Source: a virus
Taxonomy: Duplodnaviria; Caudoviricetes
Direction: 5' to 3' (one strand)
Virus record (IMG/VR): IMGVR_UViG_3300020045_007532
Coordinates: 1 to 36,070 of that record
DNA length: 36,070 bases
The notes under the pieces were generated by a model. That model searched no databases and was not told the origin of the DNA. It saw nothing but the letters and a program-made list of their open reading frames with translations. Of the stretch, positions 7,463 to 15,494 are shown piece after piece (the stretch's first letter is position 1; each line of letters begins with the position of its first letter). The position numbers and the translations under genes were made by a program.

Positions 7463-8167
7463 ATGACTAAGACCAAAGAAATTCCTACGCCTGAAGTTAC
7501 CAAGCCCGGTACTGCAGTCCTTTCAATCCAAGAGCAAATTGCCCAGCAGCTTGCTCGTCAAAACGAGACAGCACAAGGCTTGCGTTCCAGTGGCTCATAC
7601 ATTGGCTTTAAAAATGCGCAGCTCAAAGTAGACGGCATTTCCATCCCAGCCAACGAGCTCAATGTTCGTGTCCTTGCAGTACTCAGTGAACGCGCATGGT
7701 ACTCAAAAGACTTTGATGCGGACGTGGTGCAAGTTCCTGACTGCTATACCTTGAATGACACTATCCCACACCAAGACGCGGCAAATCCGCAAGCAGATAA
7801 CTGCGGGGACTGCGCGCATAACAAGTGGGGCTCAGCATCACGCGGCAGGGGCAAGGCATGCCGAGAATCAGCTCGTGTGATTGTCATCCCTGCAAATGTT
7901 CCTCTTGCATCTGCGCAGATGTACACAGCCAAAGTGCCAGTGACTTCATTGTCAACTGTGACTAGCTTCACAAGCCGCTGTGGACAGGCTAATAAGTTGA
8001 TGGGAGAGTTTGTGACCAAGATGAGTGTGGTTGAAGATAAGAAGAGCTTCTTCAAAGTGCATCTTACACCAGTCGAAGTAACTCCTGAAATGGACATGGC
8101 TGCCTTGATCAAAGCCCAAGACGCTGCGTTCAATCTTGCCATGACCCCATACCCAACTATCGAGTAA
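7463..8167 (+). CDS. Putative ssDNA-binding/annealing protein with a Cys cluster
   Basis: PDC...CGDCAHNKWGS...GKAC; lies upstream of PolA. Function is inferred. Confidence 0.6.
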   Translation: MTKTKEIPTPEVTKPGTAVLSIQEQIAQQLARQNETAQGLRSSGSYIGFKNAQLKVDGISIPANELNVRVLAVLSERAWYSKDFDADVVQVPDCYTLNDTIPHQDAANPQADNCGDCAHNKWGSASRGRGKACRESARVIVIPANVPLASAQMYTAKVPVTSLSTVTSFTSRCGQANKLMGEFVTKMSVVEDKKSFFKVHLTPVEVTPEMDMAALIKAQDAAFNLAMTPYPTIE

Positions 8168-8247
8168 CCAGTTGTCTCCTCTCCCGGCCCACTTTGCAGT
8201 TGCCGCCGGGTTTACCCTTAGGCCTTAAAATCTAGGGGCTTTTTATT
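8168..8247 (+). ncRNA. Candidate 3'-UTR small RNA with an anti-Shine-Dalgarno seed
   Basis: GTTGTCTCCTCTCC, then a CCCGGC...GCCGGG hairpin, then a terminator. Confidence 0.35.
8215..8247 (+). terminator. Intrinsic terminator
   Basis: CCCTTAGG/TCTAGGGG stem with GU pairs, followed by CTTTTTATT. Confidence 0.65.
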
Positions 8248-8261
8248 CATTGAAAGAACTT

Positions 8262-8648
8262 ATGACTCCTGAACAGTTAGAAGCTCGACGGGCTAAAAAT
8301 GCAGTGTTATCTAAAGCATGGTACATAGCCAACCGCGAAAAGTGCTTAGCAGCAAGTAAGTTATACGTTGAGCGTAATCGAAGCCCTGCGCATCAATCAT
8401 ACTATCATGCTAGGGAGCGCTGCAATAATACAAAAAGCAAGAAGTATGCATACTATGGTGGGCGCGGGATCACTTTTGAGTTTGAATCTTTTGAGCAATT
8501 CTTTGCAGAACTAGGCCCCAGACCCGAAGGTCTTACGCTAGAACGCATACGCAACAATGAGGGTTACAAGCCTGGGAATGTCAAGTGGGCTACCCCGTCA
8601 GAACAAAACTACAACAGAAGGAACTATTATGAAGTACGTAGCATTTGA
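8262..8648 (+). CDS. Free-standing HNH-family homing endonuclease
   Basis: RERC...YYGGRGI...TLERIRNNEGYKPGNVKWAT..EQNYNRR; own RBS; overlaps the PolA start by 20 nt. Confidence 0.85.
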   Translation: MTPEQLEARRAKNAVLSKAWYIANREKCLAASKLYVERNRSPAHQSYYHARERCNNTKSKKYAYYGGRGITFEFESFEQFFAELGPRPEGLTLERIRNNEGYKPGNVKWATPSEQNYNRRNYYEVRSI

Positions 8649-10425
8649 CTATGAGAGCCACGGGATTGAGGACAGACCCCGCTATCCGCCTGCACCAGTG
8701 GGTCTTGCCGTTTATATCGAAGGCGAAGAACCTGTGTACTATGCTTTTGGGCATCCTACTGAAAATAACTGTACTGAGGCGCATGCCAAGCGAAAACTCC
8801 AGGAGCTATTTAAAAATCCTGAGTACGAGTTCATTGCGCACAATGCCCCGTTTGATTTGGCTATTGCTGAGGAAAAATGGGGCCTGACTATTCCTTGGGG
8901 CCGCGTTCATGACACTATGATCTTGGCCTTCTTACAGGATCCGTTTGGTGAGCTCTCACTCAAGCCCCTCGCAGAGAAGTGGCTACAAATGCCACCCGAA
9001 GAACGTGATGCTGTGAAAGACTGGCTAATCAAGCATGGTGTTTGCCGGGACACAAAAGGCTGGGGCGCGTATATTTGCAAAGCACCCGGTGCGCTTGTTG
9101 GTACGTACGCAGTTGGCGACGTAGTACGCACTATGGACTTGTTCAAGCTGCTGTTTGAATATGTCCAAGCAACTGGTATGGAAGCTGCATACCGTCGCGA
9201 GCTTGCGCTTATGCCCCATGTGCTTAAGATGGAGCAGCGTGGGCTAAACCTTGACGGGGAGCTTCTGTCTAAAGATGTGGACTACTATTTTACGGCGCTC
9301 GATGACCTCGACCAAGAAATTTGCAAGATCCTTGGCACACAGGTTGACGTGGACAGTAACGCGCAGCTTGCAGATGCAATTGAAGCAGCCGGGATGTCGA
9401 AAGGATTCGCCACCACCCCCACAGGCCTCCGTAGTACTGCCAAAGAAAGTCTTATCAATGCGGTTAATGATCCTACTCTTTTGGGCCATTTACTTGTGCG
9501 CGGTAGCGTGGCTACTTGCCTACGTACTTTTATGACGTCATGGCTTGAGCAGTATAATAAGCATGGACGGCTCTATGTCAAGTGGAACCTAGTACGTAAT
9601 TACTCAGACACAGGCGCACGGACGGGGCGGATTTCTAGTAGCCCTAATTTGCAGAACATCCCCGTGGAATGGGAAGACTTGCGTGCGCAGCTTGCCAAGA
9701 TTGGGTACACACTGCCATTCCCGTTGCCGCAAGTTCGCAAGTATATCCTCCCTGACAAAGGTAAGGTATTCTTGGACCGAGACTACTCCGCGCAAGAGCT
9801 ACGGTTGCTTACGCACTTTGCCCCCGGCAAGCTGCTCAAAGAACTTGAGATTGACCCTGAAGCTGACATCCATCAGATCGCGGCTAAGATTGCAAGGATC
9901 ACACGTAAGGAAGCTAAGACACTTGCATTTGCGGTGCTCTACGGTGCTGGGGTTGGAAAGATTGCCGAGTCACTCCACATGACTGTGGCCGAAGCAACTC
10001 GTGTGAAAGCACAGTACCTCAGTGCGCTTCCTGAGATCAAAGAGCTTACTAAGCGTGTGAATGACGCTGGCAAAAACCGTAGCTTCATCACTACGCTTGG
10101 TGGGCGCCAGTATTATGCTCAAAAACCGGCCGTTGTGAAGGGCATGTGGAAGAGCTTTGAATATAAGCTCACAAACTACTTGATTCAAGGGTCTGCAGCA
10201 GATGCTACTAAACAAGCAATGCTGGACTACTGCCTAAAAACGAAGCGCGGCGAGCTAATGCTAAGCGTACATGATGAATTAGTAATTCAGGTCGACTCGG
10301 ATCATTCTGAAGCTGAAGCACAGCTACTCGAAAGCTGCATGAATAGTAGCTTTCAGGAAACGCTCCTGTATAAGGTTATTTCAACCGGCTCGCAAGGGTC
10401 AAACTTCTCAGAGGCATCTGCATGA
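8629..10425 (+). CDS. polA: Family A DNA polymerase with 3'-5' exonuclease domain
   Basis: ExoI FDYES, HNAPFD, TGRISSSPNLQNIP, motif A DYSAQELR, motif B RKEAKTLAFAVLYG, motif C VHDEL; start moved to ATG 8629. Confidence 0.96.
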   Translation: MKYVAFDYESHGIEDRPRYPPAPVGLAVYIEGEEPVYYAFGHPTENNCTEAHAKRKLQELFKNPEYEFIAHNAPFDLAIAEEKWGLTIPWGRVHDTMILAFLQDPFGELSLKPLAEKWLQMPPEERDAVKDWLIKHGVCRDTKGWGAYICKAPGALVGTYAVGDVVRTMDLFKLLFEYVQATGMEAAYRRELALMPHVLKMEQRGLNLDGELLSKDVDYYFTALDDLDQEICKILGTQVDVDSNAQLADAIEAAGMSKGFATTPTGLRSTAKESLINAVNDPTLLGHLLVRGSVATCLRTFMTSWLEQYNKHGRLYVKWNLVRNYSDTGARTGRISSSPNLQNIPVEWEDLRAQLAKIGYTLPFPLPQVRKYILPDKGKVFLDRDYSAQELRLLTHFAPGKLLKELEIDPEADIHQIAAKIARITRKEAKTLAFAVLYGAGVGKIAESLHMTVAEATRVKAQYLSALPEIKELTKRVNDAGKNRSFITTLGGRQYYAQKPAVVKGMWKSFEYKLTNYLIQGSAADATKQAMLDYCLKTKRGELMLSVHDELVIQVDSDHSEAEAQLLESCMNSSFQETLLYKVISTGSQGSNFSEASA

Positions 10426-11096
10426 CACCAGCACAACCGATTAAGCTGTACAAAGACCCATGGGGCTACAGCAAGCTTGAGACATTCGAAAAGTGTCCTC
10501 AAAAATTCAAGTTCCAGTTTATGGACAAATTACCCCAGCCAGGCTCACAAGCCATGGAACGGGGTTCTAAGATGCACGAGTCCATTGAGACGTACCTTAA
10601 TGGCTGGACCAAAGAGCTGATTCCTGAGTGCCAAAGTTTTCAGCAAGCAATTGATAGCCTGAAGGGTGAGAAGTTTCAAGCTGAGCAAGCCATTGGGCTT
10701 GACAAAGATTGGAACAAGCTGCCTGATTGGTTTCACATGGCTACATGGCTTCGTGCCAAAGCTGATGCCATGTACGTGAGTGAAGACATTCTCGTAGTGA
10801 TTGATTTCAAGTCCGGCAAGTACCGTATCCCGTCTACCGACCAGGTTGAGCTCTACGCGATTGTGGGTGGGGCACTTTATCCTGAAGTGAACCACGTCAA
10901 TGCTGAGTATTGGTACTTGGACACGGGCGAAGTATATACACGCACGTACACCCAAGCTGAGCTGAAAGAGCTTCGCAAGAAGTTTGAAAAGCGCGTGGCC
11001 CCAATGTACACCAATACGCTATGGACCCCGCAGCCTTCGATGGAATGCCGTTGGTGCCCCTACTCAAAGACCAAAGGCGGTAAGTGCCAGTATTAG
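10422..11096 (+). CDS. PD-(D/E)XK Cas4/RecB-like exonuclease
   Basis: YSKLETFEKCP, RGSKMH, KAD...IDFKSGK, QVELYA and CRWCPY...C (four Cys in the Fe-S pattern). Confidence 0.88.
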   Translation: MTPAQPIKLYKDPWGYSKLETFEKCPQKFKFQFMDKLPQPGSQAMERGSKMHESIETYLNGWTKELIPECQSFQQAIDSLKGEKFQAEQAIGLDKDWNKLPDWFHMATWLRAKADAMYVSEDILVVIDFKSGKYRIPSTDQVELYAIVGGALYPEVNHVNAEYWYLDTGEVYTRTYTQAELKELRKKFEKRVAPMYTNTLWTPQPSMECRWCPYSKTKGGKCQY

Positions 11097-11407
11097 AGTC
11101 TGAAATTGAGCAGGCATGCCGGGTGGAAGCAGCTCGGCATGCCTGCGTTTTACTCAAAATACAGGGGACCAAGGGCTGGCCGGATCGGCTACTCTTGGCC
11201 CCCACCGGGCGCATGGTCTTCATTGAGTTTAAGCGCCCCGGTAAAGACCTGCGGCCATTACAGGAGCATGTGCAGTGCCTACTACAGAAAATGAACTTTC
11301 AAGCAACCCGGATGGACTCCCTACTAGAGTTCAAGAAATGCTTGCAGGATTTGCTAGCCCAACCTGGAAGCCGCATGCCTACCAAGAACGCGGGATCCAG
11401 TGGTTGA
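11084..11407 (+). CDS. VRR-NUC domain nuclease
   Basis: LESEIE, GWPDRL, FIEFKRPG and LRPLQ. Confidence 0.88.
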   Translation: MPVLESEIEQACRVEAARHACVLLKIQGTKGWPDRLLLAPTGRMVFIEFKRPGKDLRPLQEHVQCLLQKMNFQATRMDSLLEFKKCLQDLLAQPGSRMPTKNAGSSG

Positions 11408-12702
11408 CACACAAGATTGCAGCTGCTCTGTTCCTTGCCCCAGGCATGGGGAAGACAAGCATTGCGCTTGCTGCGATGCTCAAGCTAAAGTCCGAAAGTC
11501 TTGCCAAGCGCATGCTCATTCTTGCGCCCCTAACTGTCTGTGTCACTACATGGGATTCTGAGCCTAAGAAGTGGCAGCAGTTTCAGGGGCTAAAGATTGG
11601 GCTTGCGCATGGGCCAAATAAGCAGCAAGTGCTTTGTGACCTAAGCTACGACATTGTAGTTATGAACTATGATGGTCTTGCTTGGGCAACTCCAGTACTT
11701 GCTAAAGGCCACAAGTTTGATGTCCTACTTTGTGATGAGATAACAAAGCTCAAGCATACTAGCTCAAAGCGCTTCAAACTTATCAAGCCCATTCTCCCGA
11801 CTTTTACGTTTAGATGGGGCCTAACAGCTACGCCAGCAGCTAATGGGCTTATTGACTTATTTGGGCAAGTCTATGTTCTTGACTTAGGTACACGGTTGGG
11901 GCGCTATATCACGCACTTTCGTTCAAAGTTCTTTTACCAAGAATCTTGGGACCAGTATCGCTGGTATATCACCCCAGAAAAAGCTAGCTTGTTAACTGCA
12001 CAGTTAGACGATCTTGCTATGTACATGGATCCAAAAGATTACCTTGTGCTCCCCGGATTAATAGACGTTGTGCGCTCAGTTAAGCTCAAAAATATAGCCC
12101 AGTACAAGTTCTTACGTGACGAGTACATTCTCAAAATGCAAGACACCACAATCACAGCAATTAATGCTGGGGTCTTAACTGGCAAGCTTCGCCAGTTTAC
12201 AGGTGGGGCTTTGTACACTGAAGACCACACTTGGGAGGAAGTTGGCACAGATAAAGTAGACGAGCTTGTTGAGCTTGTAGAAGAGCTTAACGGTGAGCCC
12301 CTCATTGTAGCCTATGAGTTTAATCATGAGGCTGAGCGACTTCTTAAAGTCTTCCCCGCAGCAAAAGCAATTCGTGGCGGGATGAGTACTAAAGAAGTAC
12401 AAAGCATTGTGCTTGGCTGGAATGCTGGTGATATTCCTGTTCTGTTAGTCCAGCCACAAGCTGGTGCACATGGTATTAATCTGCAGGGTGGGGGTGCAGC
12501 TATATGCTGGTTTAGTCTTACGTATAACCTTGAAAATTACCAGCAACTAATTGCTCGTATTTATAGGCAAGGGCAAAAAGCAATGGTCAGAAACTACCTT
12601 CTTGTTGTTGCGGATACGATAGACGAAGTGCTTGTAAAAGTCCTTAATGACAAAGACGCAACACAAGAAACTGTATTCAAAGCACTTAAATCCTATGTGT
12701 GA
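11338..12702 (+). CDS. SNF2-family helicase
   Basis: PHAYQ, PGMGKT, CDEI, LTATP, HGINLQ and QLIARIYRQGQ; start at 11275 or 11338. Confidence 0.92.
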   Translation: MLAGFASPTWKPHAYQERGIQWLTHKIAAALFLAPGMGKTSIALAAMLKLKSESLAKRMLILAPLTVCVTTWDSEPKKWQQFQGLKIGLAHGPNKQQVLCDLSYDIVVMNYDGLAWATPVLAKGHKFDVLLCDEITKLKHTSSKRFKLIKPILPTFTFRWGLTATPAANGLIDLFGQVYVLDLGTRLGRYITHFRSKFFYQESWDQYRWYITPEKASLLTAQLDDLAMYMDPKDYLVLPGLIDVVRSVKLKNIAQYKFLRDEYILKMQDTTITAINAGVLTGKLRQFTGGALYTEDHTWEEVGTDKVDELVELVEELNGEPLIVAYEFNHEAERLLKVFPAAKAIRGGMSTKEVQSIVLGWNAGDIPVLLVQPQAGAHGINLQGGGAAICWFSLTYNLENYQQLIARIYRQGQKAMVRNYLLVVADTIDEVLVKVLNDKDATQETVFKALKSYV

Positions 12703-12703
12703 G

Positions 12704-12802
12704 AAATAAAGTTAAAAATAGTTTATTACATCGAAGTTTTGCAGTATAATAACTTAACAGCAAAATAAGTTGCTGTTAAACCCAGTTACCTAGAAAGAAG
12801 TT
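12704..12802 (+). promoter_or_regulatory. Promoter, 10-bp hairpin and RBS
   Basis: GTGAGAAATAAAGTT; TATAAT 12745-12750; TTAACAGCAA-AATAAG-TTGCTGTTAA (12754-12779); AGAAAGAAG before the ATG. Confidence 0.75.
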
Positions 12803-13258
12803 ATGCCAAAGCAAACCATGTCTGAAATTGTCATTGCCTACAATGAACTCGCCGCTGCTCAAGGCAAGGAAGAAGTGAGCAGCTTTAAAAACCTCTCCGC
12901 TGCACGCGCAGCTCTGAAATCTCTTGAAAGCACTCCCATGACAAACGAAGTTGAAAACACTGAAGTCGAAGAAACCACCGGCGCACCTGGCTTGGACACA
13001 CCCAGCAACAGCGGTCCCAAGTACAACAGCTCTGCCAAGCGTGGCCCAACGCAAGGCATTGGTGCCTTTTCCAAAGGTCTGATTGCTGAAGGCAAAACCA
13101 ATGCAGAAATCTTGGAAGCTATTGCTGAGCAGTTCCCCACTGCCAAGACAACGGCTAATTGCATTGCCTATTACCGTGCCAAGATGAAAAAAGCTGCGGA
13201 CGCAATGCCTGCGGATGAAGCCGCTGGTGAAGACGAAGCCGCTGCAGCCGCTGAGTAA
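12803..13258 (+). CDS. Putative DNA-binding protein; paralog of 680-1147
   Basis: GIGAFSKGLIAEGKTNAEIL...KTTANCIAYYRAKM; acidic tail. Confidence 0.8.
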   Translation: MPKQTMSEIVIAYNELAAAQGKEEVSSFKNLSAARAALKSLESTPMTNEVENTEVEETTGAPGLDTPSNSGPKYNSSAKRGPTQGIGAFSKGLIAEGKTNAEILEAIAEQFPTAKTTANCIAYYRAKMKKAADAMPADEAAGEDEAAAAAE

Positions 13259-13276
13259 GCTTTAAAGCACTAACCT

Positions 13277-13299
13277 GAAGGGAGCAATATGCTCCCTTC
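13277..13299 (+). other. Intergenic perfect hairpin
   Basis: GAAGGGAGCA-ATA-TGCTCCCTTC with no U tract; may stabilise or process the mRNA. Confidence 0.55.
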
Positions 13300-13316
13300 G
13301 TCAATTGGAGAACACT

Positions 13317-13661
13317 ATGGATAGACTGAGATTCCTTGAGCTTTGCGCACCAGTTGCAGAACTAGTAGAACGCAAATCGCAAGACTACCAAAGCGGCCCT
13401 GTCAAGCATGCTGAATACTTCGTATTTGGGCACAAGTCTTTTGTCCAAATGCTGCGTACCAAAGTACTTAGGCTGACTTCTTTGGCACATGCTGAAGCAG
13501 CACCTAACTTCGAGGGTATTGAAGACAGCGTGAATGACCTGCTTGCGTACACCGTCTTTTATCTTGATTACCTTAAACCCCAGCATGAAGATGCCGGCGC
13601 AAAAGTTACGCCCCCAGCAACCGGTTTGAATAAGCCTTGGCGGGATGTAGATCATGCGTAA
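13317..13661 (+). CDS. DUF1599-like nucleotide-modification-associated protein
   Basis: KSQDY...KVLRL...EGIEDSVNDLLAY pattern; GGAG RBS before ATG 13317; overlaps the thyA homologue. Confidence 0.65.
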   Translation: MDRLRFLELCAPVAELVERKSQDYQSGPVKHAEYFVFGHKSFVQMLRTKVLRLTSLAHAEAAPNFEGIEDSVNDLLAYTVFYLDYLKPQHEDAGAKVTPPATGLNKPWRDVDHA

Positions 13662-14481
13662 TTTTGAAGTTGATTACCGCAATCTTGTGTCCCATGTCAT
13701 CATGTATGGGGAGCATAAGCCAAGCCGTGCAGGCTTTACTGTAAGTACCTTTGGTACAGTCATTCGTATCGACTGTCTTGAAAACGGAGAGTTCCCCATT
13801 CTTACCCAGCGTAAAATCTATACAGCTGGTATACTTGGTGAGCTTGCTGCATTTTTGCAAGGTGCTACAACTTTGCAAGAGTTTAGGGCTGCGGGCTGTA
13901 ACTACTGGGATGCAAACGCAGCAACCTGGGCACCTAACCAAGGGCTCGAGCCTAAAGATCAGTCTGTTGGGCGTATCTATGGTGCCCAATGGCGTGATTG
14001 GGCATATGAGCTAGACCAGCTCGAAGCATTAATTAAAGGGCTTAAGTCTGACCCGTATAGCCGTAGGCATTTACTGACTACGTATGACCCATCTCAGCTT
14101 TCTGAGATGTGCTTGCCACCATGCCACCTACTTGCACAGTTCAATGTGCGTACTACTAAGCAGCTTGATTGTATTATAACCATGCGCTCCGTAGATCTTT
14201 GCCTTGGCTTACCAAGCGACATTATCTTGTACGCCACGCTTATGCTCATCCTGTGCAATGAAACAGGCTACACTCCCGGCAAGCTTACTTTTATGCTGGG
14301 GGACACGCATGTCTATCGGGATCACATTGATGTATTCCAAGAGCATGCTGCAAGGCCAATGCACAGACTACCTGCATTTACGCTTAGCCCAGTAGCTGGT
14401 ATTGATACATTTACTGCACAGCATCTAACACTTATTAACTATAAACACTCTGGAGTACTTAATTATGAGTTCCACGCCTAA
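13654..14481 (+). CDS. thyA: Thymidylate synthase (ThyA-fold) homologue
   Basis: GRIYGAQWR, SRRHL, LPPCH (catalytic Cys), MRSVDLCLGLPSD and GDTHVYRDH. Confidence 0.92.
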   Translation: MRNFEVDYRNLVSHVIMYGEHKPSRAGFTVSTFGTVIRIDCLENGEFPILTQRKIYTAGILGELAAFLQGATTLQEFRAAGCNYWDANAATWAPNQGLEPKDQSVGRIYGAQWRDWAYELDQLEALIKGLKSDPYSRRHLLTTYDPSQLSEMCLPPCHLLAQFNVRTTKQLDCIITMRSVDLCLGLPSDIILYATLMLILCNETGYTPGKLTFMLGDTHVYRDHIDVFQEHAARPMHRLPAFTLSPVAGIDTFTAQHLTLINYKHSGVLNYEFHA

Positions 14482-14875
14482 TATGCTACGCGACGTGGCA
14501 GACTTCCATGAGCTAATTCTTAACAGCTATGCAGAGTCCACCCCCAGCATGATTTCACTTGAGTACTGTGTTGAACGGGCTAGCTTCTTGCATGAAGAGC
14601 TTGATGAGTTCTGTGTTGCTAGTGGCGACGGCGACATTGTTGGGCTAGCTGATGCCCTCGCCGATATTGTCTACGTAGCGCTAGGCACGGCGTATAAAAT
14701 GGGGTTGCCCTTTGAAGAAATTTGGGTGGCAGTGCAAAATGCCAACATGCGCAAAGTTGCAGGTAAAACTAAACGGGGCAACGCTGTTGACGCTAAAAAG
14801 CCTGAAGGCTGGGTTGGGCCTGAAGCAGCTATTGCACGTGCTATTGCGCATAAGGCTGGGCATAATGCGGCCTAG
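14465..14875 (+). CDS. MazG-like NTP pyrophosphohydrolase (PRA-PH-like)
   Basis: LHEELDEF...LADALADIVYV...ANMRK...KPEGW; start at 14465 or 14483. Confidence 0.85.
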   Translation: MSSTPNMLRDVADFHELILNSYAESTPSMISLEYCVERASFLHEELDEFCVASGDGDIVGLADALADIVYVALGTAYKMGLPFEEIWVAVQNANMRKVAGKTKRGNAVDAKKPEGWVGPEAAIARAIAHKAGHNAA

Positions 14876-15290
14876 CATAAATACCGTTATGCTAGACATA
14901 GCCCAAAGTCTAGCTCTGCGGGCCACATGCGCCAAGCTTGCAGTTGGGTGTGTACTAACTGACAAGCACGGGCGTATTGTAGGAAGCGGGTACAATGGTG
15001 TGCCCCGTGGCATGGTACACTGCACGGATACTGCGTGCGTAGGGGCTGCAGCACCAGCTGGGTCTGACCTTTGTATAGCTGTGCATGCAGAACAAAATGC
15101 CCTACTTGTATGCCGAGACCCTGAGCAAATAGCTATATGTTATACTACGCATGCACCCTGTCTTAGGTGCACAAAAATGCTGCTCAATACAAGTTGCCAA
15201 TGCATCATTTACCGGCATGCCCAAGTGGAAGCCCCTGCAAAAGCACTTTGGCAAGCAGCAGGTCGCTTTTGGGCTCAAAGTAGCATTTAA
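14865..15290 (+). CDS. dCMP deaminase
   Basis: TCAKLAVGC, GYNG, HAEQNA and PCLRC; start moved to ATG 14865. Confidence 0.92.
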   Translation: MRPSINTVMLDIAQSLALRATCAKLAVGCVLTDKHGRIVGSGYNGVPRGMVHCTDTACVGAAAPAGSDLCIAVHAEQNALLVCRDPEQIAICYTTHAPCLRCTKMLLNTSCQCIIYRHAQVEAPAKALWQAAGRFWAQSSI

Positions 15291-15367
15291 ACTGGTAGGC
15301 CACGTCGAAAGCTACTGTGCATGCGCCCACAAGCTTTTAAACAATCGGCCGTGGTCTACCAGTTTAA
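15287..15367. other. Long stem-loop at the convergent junction
   Basis: TTAAACTGGTAGGCCACG pairs with CGTGGTCTACCAGTTTAA (18 bp, one G-T); inner stems AAAGCT/AGCTTT and TGTG/CACA. Confidence 0.75.
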
Positions 15368-15405
15368 TGTCCGCTTTAAGCTTTTTGCACCGAAAGTAGA
15401 TACTG

Positions 15406-15494
15406 AAAACGTGCGAAAGGAGCCCGAATCGCACCGAATTTCAGATCTGATACGAACGTATGCCGAATGAAAATAACGTGCCGAAATTGGGCTT
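15406..15494. repeat. Three-block 89-bp element, copy A
   Basis: Ungapped match to 35707-35795 in three blocks (18/20, 15/17 and 12/14 identical). Confidence 0.75.

Noticed and set aside
9904-9945. Unusual PolA motif B residue
   Set aside because: RKEAKTLAFAVLYG has Phe at the 762-equivalent position, the ordinary state.
10422-11096. CRISPR-Cas system based on the Cas4-like gene
   Set aside because: Solo Cas4-like nucleases are routine in phage replication modules; no cas1, cas2 or array is present.
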